A DNA stretch of 64,000 bases. It comes from an uncultured Clostridia bacterium (GTDB lineage Bacteria > Acidobacteriota > Aminicenantia > JBFLYD01 > JBBIMS01). Position 1 is the stretch's first letter. Every line of letters starts with the position of its first letter. The notes beneath the pieces were generated by a model. That model had not been told where the DNA came from and did no database searches. It was given only the letters and a program-made list of their open reading frames with translations. The position numbers and the translations under genes are program-made. The stretch is taken from positions 7,330-71,329 of the forward strand of contig CAZYPR010000007.1 in the NCBI GenBank assembly GCA_964649495.1. Direction: 5' to 3'. Below, piece by piece: positions 58,003 to 64,000 of the stretch.

Positions 58003-58031
58003 TTGACAAAAATTCTCTAAAGCTTTATATT
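58003..58031 (+). promoter_or_regulatory. sigma70-type promoter of ftsK
   Basis: TTGACA(58003-08)-17 nt-TATATT(58026-31). Confidence 0.65.
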
Positions 58032-58042
58032 TTTAAAAGGTT

Positions 58043-60220
58043 ATGTGGAAAATAAGAGTTGGCTCAGAGTCCTCATCTTTATGGGAAGGGATAGGAGCGG
58101 TTATTTTCATTGGTTTTTCAATAATTATTCTTTTAAGTCTCCTTTCCTATGACCCTCTTGATCCCTCATTTTTCACTCAAACTGAGTCCCAGAAGATAAA
58201 TAATCTTGTTGGAATTGTGGGAGCTTATTTCTCCGACCTTTTATATCAGGTTTTAGGAATATCATCCTTTTTTATCGTTCTCGCTCTATTCCTCATAGGT
58301 ATAGACCTTCTAAAAAGCAGGGTTGAATCTTATACAACAAAATTTTTTGGCTTTTTTCTTTTTATTTTAAGTTTTTCCTCCCTTCTACAGTTTATATATT
58401 TTAAAATTCAGATAAAGGGGATTTCCATTTTTACAGGGGGTGTTTTGGGAAAACTTTTTTCAGATTTATTGAAAAAACTTGCTGGAAATGTCGGTTCTTT
58501 ATTGATTTTTTCAATTATTTCAATTGTTTCATTTTCACTTTTTACAGGGATTACTGTTAAGAACGCTTACAAAAGCACTATTTCCTTTGTGAAATTTATT
58601 ACATCGAAAATATCACTAATTCTATCAAGAAAAAAAGAAGCAAAAGAGAGGAAAGGTATTGGGAGAGGGAGCAAGGAAGAAAAGAGAGGTAAAGTTCCTC
58701 CTACCCCTCCTGAAGCCCCTTCCCTTTTCCCTGAATATAAAGAAGCTGTATTTACCCAACCGCCATTTTCTCTTCTTGATAAAGCTCCTATCTTTGAGGA
58801 AATAAACAAGAAAGAGTTAAATGAAAAAATGAAAAGAATTGAGGAGAAGCTAAGGGAGTTTAACATCGAGGGTTCTGTTGTAGAATTTCATCCAGGACCT
58901 GTTATAACAACCTTTGAATTCAGACCCGAGCCAGGGATAAAGATTTCTCAGATTCTCTCCCTCTCTGACGATTTGGCTCTTGCATTAAAAGCTGAATCAA
59001 TAATGATAGAGAGAATCCCTGCCAAGGCATCCCTTGGAATAGAAGTTCCCAATGATAGGAGGGAAAGAATTTATTTGAGGGATGTAATTGAATCTGAAGA
59101 ATTTCAAAAATCTCCATCAAAACTTACAATTGCTCTTGGAAAAATGGTTAGAGGCGAAAGATTTATATCAGACCTTTCAATCATGCCCCATCTCCTCATT
59201 GCGGGAGCAACAGGTTCAGGAAAAAGTGTTTGTTTGAACTGCATAATAACAAGCCTTTTTTATAAAGCATCTCCAGATGAGCTCAAATTAATTTTAATTG
59301 ATCCAAAAAGAGTTGAATTTGCTATTTACAATGATATTCCATACCTTTTAACACCTGTAATTGTTGAGCCAAGAGTAGCTATAAATGCACTAAAATGGGC
59401 AGTTAAAGAGATGAAGGAAAGGAATAGAAAGCTCTCCGAGCTGCGGGCTAAAAATATAGAGCAATACAACATGAAGATTAACCAGATGGCTCAAGAGGCA
59501 AACAGCAATGTCAACACTCCAGGCCAACTTAAGCCTCTTCCTTATATTGTCATTGTAATAGATGAGCTTGCAGATTTGATGATTGGGAAAGGGAATCAGG
59601 CTCTTGATGTTGAAAATTGTATAACCTCTTTGTCGCAAATGGCAAGGGCTGTTGGAATTCACCTAATAATCTCAACCCAGAGACCTTCAATTGATATTTT
59701 AACAGGAACAATCAAGAACAATCTGCCCTGCAGAATCGCTCTCAGAGTTCCTACGAAGGTAGATTCAAGAGTTATTATTGATAGTATGGGTGCAGAGAAA
59801 CTTCTCGGAAATGGAGATATGCTTTTTATGCCTCCAAACTCTTCACAATTAATTAGAATTCATGGTGCTTATATTTCGGAAACTGAAATTGCAAGAATTG
59901 TAAAATTCTTAAAAGAACAAGGAAAGCCAAGATATGATACTTCAATTTTAAGGGAAGAGAAAAGAGAAGAGTTTGCTGAAATTGAAGAAGAGGAAGAGGA
60001 GATCAAAGATGATCTATGGTGGAGAGCTGTAGAACTTGTTATAATGCATAAAAAGGCTTCCGCTTCATTTCTTCAGACAAAAATGAAGATTGGATTTCCA
60101 AAAGCCCGAAGACTTGTGGACAGAATGGAAGCTGAAGGAATTGTCGGACCTGAAGAGGGTCAAAAGCCGAGAGAGGTTCTTGTTGGAATGGAATATCTTG
60201 AAAGAAGAAGAAAAAGATAA
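58043..60220 (+). CDS. ftsK: DNA translocase FtsK
   Basis: N-terminal TM domain (NLVGIVGAYFSD), GPVIT, GIEVPN, PHLLIAGATGSGKS, IDPK, IDELAD, TQRPS, gamma domain LQTKMKIGFPKARRLVD. Confidence 0.96.
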   Translation: MWKIRVGSESSSLWEGIGAVIFIGFSIIILLSLLSYDPLDPSFFTQTESQKINNLVGIVGAYFSDLLYQVLGISSFFIVLALFLIGIDLLKSRVESYTTKFFGFFLFILSFSSLLQFIYFKIQIKGISIFTGGVLGKLFSDLLKKLAGNVGSLLIFSIISIVSFSLFTGITVKNAYKSTISFVKFITSKISLILSRKKEAKERKGIGRGSKEEKRGKVPPTPPEAPSLFPEYKEAVFTQPPFSLLDKAPIFEEINKKELNEKMKRIEEKLREFNIEGSVVEFHPGPVITTFEFRPEPGIKISQILSLSDDLALALKAESIMIERIPAKASLGIEVPNDRRERIYLRDVIESEEFQKSPSKLTIALGKMVRGERFISDLSIMPHLLIAGATGSGKSVCLNCIITSLFYKASPDELKLILIDPKRVEFAIYNDIPYLLTPVIVEPRVAINALKWAVKEMKERNRKLSELRAKNIEQYNMKINQMAQEANSNVNTPGQLKPLPYIVIVIDELADLMIGKGNQALDVENCITSLSQMARAVGIHLIISTQRPSIDILTGTIKNNLPCRIALRVPTKVDSRVIIDSMGAEKLLGNGDMLFMPPNSSQLIRIHGAYISETEIARIVKFLKEQGKPRYDTSILREEKREEFAEIEEEEEEIKDDLWWRAVELVIMHKKASASFLQTKMKIGFPKARRLVDRMEAEGIVGPEEGQKPREVLVGMEYLERRRKR

Positions 60221-60246
60221 TCACAGATTTTATTCTTTTAGAATCT

Positions 60247-62496
60247 ATGGAAAGAGAAGAAATGAAATTAGAAGAAAAAATTAAAACAAATTTTTTTGTA
60301 TTTCTCTCCTTTTTTTCCATTTCTCTTTTCTTTTCAACTTTAATTAATCTCGAGAAAATGAATTTTTCCAATAGATTCCAACCTCTCCTTATCACTTTTT
60401 TAATTTTATTTTTTTCATTATCCTTCCTCTACTCTCTTTTCTTTAGACATTCTTCTACAATAAAATTATTTCTGAACTTCTCACCCCCAGTTTTTCTTTT
60501 TCTATTGGTAATTCCAATGCTTTTTCTCTATATTAACAGAGAGGATTTTAAGGGAAGATTTCTAAATCTTACTTTTCTATTTTTAATTTTGGAGGTTTTT
60601 ATTTTTCTAAAAAATCATAGAAAAATTTTGCAATATATTTTCGAATTTTATTCAAATTTGAGTCAATATTCTCTCTTTTTTATTTCTATTCCGATTATTT
60701 TATTTTTGATTTTGCTCTTTTCTCTAAGAAACCCATATCTTTCCGGAGATGAGCCTCACTATTACACAATTTCAGCAAGTATTTTTCAGGATGGAGATTT
60801 TGAGCTAAAAAACAATTATTCTACCATGGACTATAAATATGTTAACCCAACTTTTATAATGCCCCACTGCCATGAGGGAAGGGATGGTGGCTGGTTCTCG
60901 TTTCATCTTCCGGGAATTTCTTTTCTTATCCTCCCTATTTTCCCATTGACAAAAATTTTACCATCTCCTTGGAATGTCTTCATTTTAAGGCTTTTTCTAT
61001 CCATTTCTGGTATAATTTTTTCTTTCCAGATTTTTAGATTCCTTAGAAGGGAGGGTTTTGAGAGAAAAATTTATGTTCAAATTTACTTTATCTCACTCCT
61101 CTTGTCTCCATTTTTCTTTCACTCCTTTCATTTTTATCCTGAAATGCTCTGCGCCTTCATCATAATATTTATGATAAATGAGATCATCGAAGGAAAGATT
61201 CAAAGAATAAGAGGTTTTTTAGATGGTGTTCTTTTTGGTTTCATTTTATTTTTAAATCAGAAGTATTATCCAATATTTGCATTGATTTTTTTATTCTATT
61301 TTTACACTCTTTTTAGGAAAAAGAATTCTTTAAAAGGGCTCCCAATTTTCATCTTTCCCATTCTTTTTATTTCGGGACTTTTGATTTTCTATGTATGGAG
61401 CACATTTGGGGTTATCTCACCTTTTTCAGTAAGAAAAGAAGTTTCAACCCTTTCAAGTTTTTCAGCTTTTTTCAAAGGGTTCGAACCCCTTTATTTCCTC
61501 GAATCTTTTCTCGACTACTTTTTTGACCAGAGGGATGGTCTTCTTCCATATGCTCCTTTCCTCATTTTTTCCTTTTTCGGCATGATTGAAATGGTAAAGA
61601 AAAACAGAAAATTACTGTTAATCCTTAGTTCTGTATCCCTTCCCTATATTATCCTTTACGCCTGGAATCTGACAAGGGGAGGATACTCTCCATTTGCAAG
61701 ACCCCTCATCGCAATATCATGGATTTTTTTAGTTGCTCTCGCTTATTTCCTCGAATCTAATAGGAGTGGCTTTTTAAAAGATTTATTCTCGCTTTTTTTA
61801 GCTATAACCATTTTCCTTGAATTTTTTCTCATAAAATACCCACAATTTCTTTATCAGCCTACAACAAGCGGAATCTTCCAAAGAGCGGGAGATTTATTTA
61901 TCCATCTGAGTAATCTCTATTTAACTCTACCCTCATTTCTTCCTTCCTTCATAAAAATTTCCAACATTGGCTATATTCCAAATTATTTCTGGCTATTTTT
62001 CCTTTTTTTTATTTTAATATTTTATAAGAAATTTAAAAACTTAAAAGGGGTAAAAGGAATTCCACCAATTGTTTTTTCTATTTTTTTCATTTTTACCCTC
62101 GTCTTATTTCCAAGAATTAGATATATCAGAATTCAAGAGTTACCAATAGGCTCTGAAAAAGGAATCTTATTCAGCCTGAGCAGAAATATTCATTCAAATA
62201 ACACTGAATTTTTTGTATTTAAGGACGACAGATATTACCTCCCATTTATGACTAAAGAAAAAATGAAAAGGATTGTTTTTAGTTTCCACTCCCAGGACTA
62301 CTTTGATATATCTCTTGAAATCTTTGACTTGCCCTTTTTTATGGGAACTTACATTAGAGGCTCTGCATTTTACGAGGACCCACCCTTTTATAATTATAGA
62401 GGGAAAAAGTTGTATCTCCTTGTTCTGGAGATCAAAAATAAAAGAAGAATTAGCCAGAAATACTCCACATTTTACTGGAGAATAGAGGGGAAGTAA
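60247..62496 (+). CDS. Large GT-C-fold-like membrane protein
   Basis: Many TM helices; loop SGDEPHYY..S...DGDFEL.NNY, FYPE, DQRDGLLPYAP, PFARPL. Confidence 0.65.
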   Translation: MEREEMKLEEKIKTNFFVFLSFFSISLFFSTLINLEKMNFSNRFQPLLITFLILFFSLSFLYSLFFRHSSTIKLFLNFSPPVFLFLLVIPMLFLYINREDFKGRFLNLTFLFLILEVFIFLKNHRKILQYIFEFYSNLSQYSLFFISIPIILFLILLFSLRNPYLSGDEPHYYTISASIFQDGDFELKNNYSTMDYKYVNPTFIMPHCHEGRDGGWFSFHLPGISFLILPIFPLTKILPSPWNVFILRLFLSISGIIFSFQIFRFLRREGFERKIYVQIYFISLLLSPFFFHSFHFYPEMLCAFIIIFMINEIIEGKIQRIRGFLDGVLFGFILFLNQKYYPIFALIFLFYFYTLFRKKNSLKGLPIFIFPILFISGLLIFYVWSTFGVISPFSVRKEVSTLSSFSAFFKGFEPLYFLESFLDYFFDQRDGLLPYAPFLIFSFFGMIEMVKKNRKLLLILSSVSLPYIILYAWNLTRGGYSPFARPLIAISWIFLVALAYFLESNRSGFLKDLFSLFLAITIFLEFFLIKYPQFLYQPTTSGIFQRAGDLFIHLSNLYLTLPSFLPSFIKISNIGYIPNYFWLFFLFFILIFYKKFKNLKGVKGIPPIVFSIFFIFTLVLFPRIRYIRIQELPIGSEKGILFSLSRNIHSNNTEFFVFKDDRYYLPFMTKEKMKRIVFSFHSQDYFDISLEIFDLPFFMGTYIRGSAFYEDPPFYNYRGKKLYLLVLEIKNKRRISQKYSTFYWRIEGK

Positions 62497-62586
62497 ATTT
62501 ATTTATATCCAACGGAGGTGTTTACGATTATGGGATTATACTAAATAATTTTAATTTAATTTAATTCTTGTTCTACTGTAAAAAAT

Positions 62587-63093
62587 TTAAAGAATTACCA
62601 ATTCTCCTGAATCCAAATTTTTAAATTCATATCCACAAATCTTCTCAGAAGAGATAATGTAAAGAGAAGAGTTTTGTGAAGATAAGAGTGAATAATATTC
62701 AGGGTTTGTTTCAAAGTAGCAAAGGACATAAATATTCTTTTTATCACAAAGCCCAATGTTTATGGCGAAAACATTTTTTGAATTTTTTAAAATTTCATTC
62801 TTCAAAAGAATCAGTGATTCTTTAGTGGGATTCCTTTCTAAAAACTTCAAAAGTAGATTCCATATTTTTTGAGAACCTATTTCTCCTTTTATAAATCCAT
62901 TAAAAACAAAAGAGAATTTCCCTGAAATAAATGGTTGATTGTATTCAATTTTATTCTTATGATTCGGAAATGAAGAGCTTCGAGCATGGATAAGGAAAAA
63001 TTTACTGTCAGGAATCGATTTAAGAATATCAATATCCTCCCAGATGGGACTTATGGACTTTTTGACAATCCAATTATTTTCTTGGAGATATGT
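62587..63093 (-). pseudogene. Class II glutamine amidotransferase fragment lacking the N-terminal catalytic Cys
   Basis: YLQENNWIVKKSISPIWED...IHARSSSF...NQPF...FVFNG...SSEK; no MC start. Confidence 0.75.
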
Positions 63094-63206
63094 ATGAATG
63101 GTTATGTCCAAAAATATTTACTCCATAATTCGTCATTAAATCAAGATATTTCTCGCCAGAATCGTCAAAAAGATAACACCCTTCACCCTTTAAGAATGGC
63201 AACTTT
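63088..63206 (-). pseudogene. N-terminal fragment of a class III aminotransferase (LysJ/ArgD-like)
   Basis: AKLPFLKGEGCYLFDDSGEKYLDLMTNYGVNIFGHNHSYI, then joins the GATase sequence out of frame and stops. Confidence 0.8.
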
Positions 63207-63337
63207 GCACAAAAGCGGATAAAAGGGAAATCCCTATCTTCTGAAAGGCGGGGAAGAGTTCTTCTAATTGCCTATTGTCTGTGCCAGTGGCACGGCTGAA
63301 ATACTTGCAACTTCTTTTATCCGCAAAACATTCTTGC
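63207..63337 (+). other. Degenerate attC-like imperfect palindrome (~130 bp)
   Basis: Perfect 11-bp arms GCGGATAAAAG (63215-25) / CTTTTATCCGC (63314-24), flanked by GCACAAA (degenerate RYYYAAC) and AAAACATT (degenerate GTT); internal hairpin GTGCCA-G-TGGCAC (63281-93). Confidence 0.55.
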
Positions 63338-63383
63338 TAAAAATTCTTGCTTGACTTTTTAAAAAATAATATATAGTTAAACC

Positions 63384-64000
63384 ATGATAAACAAAATGAT
63401 TCAGATTAGAAAGGAAGGCGGGTTTATTAAAGTTACATTTCCATACAATCCTGATTTTGCGGAAAAGATAAAAAGTATCAAAAGACACCGCTGGAATCTG
63501 GAAGAGAAATACTGGAGTTTTCCTAATACTAATGGAACTTTAGATGATATTTTAAAGGTCTTTGAGGGAGAGAAAATTTATTTAGACCCGGATTTAAAAC
63601 AAGAGTTCTTTGGTGTTATTACAAAGAAATATAGTTTTAAAGACCTAAAAAGAGAACTTATTTCAAGGAAATATCCCTATAAGACGATAAAATGTTATCT
63701 TTATTTCAACAGAGATTTCTTGAATTTTACAGGCAAAGAGCCATCTAACATTACGGATGAAGACATTAAAAATTACCTTGTATATCTTACAGAAAAGAAG
63801 CAATCGGCGACATCTACCCAGAATCAGGCAATCAATGCCCTGAAATTCTATTATGGCACAATGCTCAAGAGAAAATTTGTTTATGAAGTCAGAAGACCAA
63901 GAAAGGATGAAAAACTCCCAGTTGTTTTAAGCAAAGAAGAAGTTGCAAAAATCCTCTCATCAGTTAGCAATGTAAAACACAAAGCAATCCTGATGCTTAT
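63384..64000 (+). CDS. Integron-integrase-like tyrosine recombinase with N-terminal HARP-like extension (partial, runs off window)
   Basis: Not in the ORF track. Open from ATG 63384: IKVTFPYNPDFAEKIKSIKRHRWNLEEKYWSFP, then SAM-like domain RKYPYKTIKCY...ITDEDIKNYL...STQNQAINALKFYY and RPRKDEKLPVVLSKEEVAKIL...KHKAILML; catalytic residues lie beyond the window. Confidence 0.88.
   Translation, partial: MINKMIQIRKEGGFIKVTFPYNPDFAEKIKSIKRHRWNLEEKYWSFPNTNGTLDDILKVFEGEKIYLDPDLKQEFFGVITKKYSFKDLKRELISRKYPYKTIKCYLYFNRDFLNFTGKEPSNITDEDIKNYLVYLTEKKQSATSTQNQAINALKFYYGTMLKRKFVYEVRRPRKDEKLPVVLSKEEVAKILSSVSNVKHKAILML

Noticed and set aside
3326-60395. Numerous 60-120 aa track ORFs nested in or antisense to long genes
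   Set aside because: Fully overlap well-supported CDSs and show no motifs or initiation signals.
63264-63488. 74-aa minus-strand ORF
   Set aside because: Antisense to the recombinase start and running through the attC-like hairpin; no coding signature.
1-64000. CRISPR arrays, tRNA, rRNA, riboswitches, prophage genes, selenocysteine read-through, phase-variable tracts
   Set aside because: No regularly spaced repeats, cloverleaf or rRNA signatures, or phage hallmark genes seen; intergenic gaps before the B12/Met genes are too short or lack recognisable riboswitch motifs; A/T runs are expected at this GC content. A covariance-model search was not run.

Overview
Low-GC (~33%) diderm bacterial chromosome segment spanning the probable replication origin (dnaA-dnaN on the minus strand). 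DnaA has a KHHTT signature and the window has many outer-membrane barrels; an Acidobacteriota/Aminicenantia-like host is inferred, not shown. Most of the window is housekeeping and envelope genes: clpB, ppdK, PMM/PGM-uppP-manC, lolA, alr, ftsK, alpha-2-macroglobulin, an ECF sigma/anti-sigma operon, a Wzx/WecA-type glycan locus, three GT-C-like membrane proteins, a split corrinoid/MetH-reactivation pair and a YitJ-like HMT-MTHFR. Two genes missed by the ORF track run off the window edges: a DUF2723/TMEM260-like membrane protein (<1..1022, minus) and an integron-integrase-like tyrosine recombinase with an N-terminal HARP-like extension (63384..>64000, plus). Most notable: (1) an archaeal-type FEN1 lacking the PCNA-binding tail about 5 kb from dnaN; (2) a ~130-bp degenerate attC-like hairpin just upstream of the IntI-like recombinase, abutting a chimeric aminotransferase/GATase remnant; (3) a single-polypeptide MNT-HEPN toxin-antitoxin fusion; (4) a peptidase/beta-propeller/Omp85 fusion operon behind a putative sigma-54 promoter whose upstream layout matches a second barrel gene; (5) seven promoters positioned for leaderless mRNAs; (6) several short, deletion-riddled gene remnants in intergenic gaps. 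No rRNA, tRNA or CRISPR array was seen. All family assignments are by motif recognition; no database search was run.
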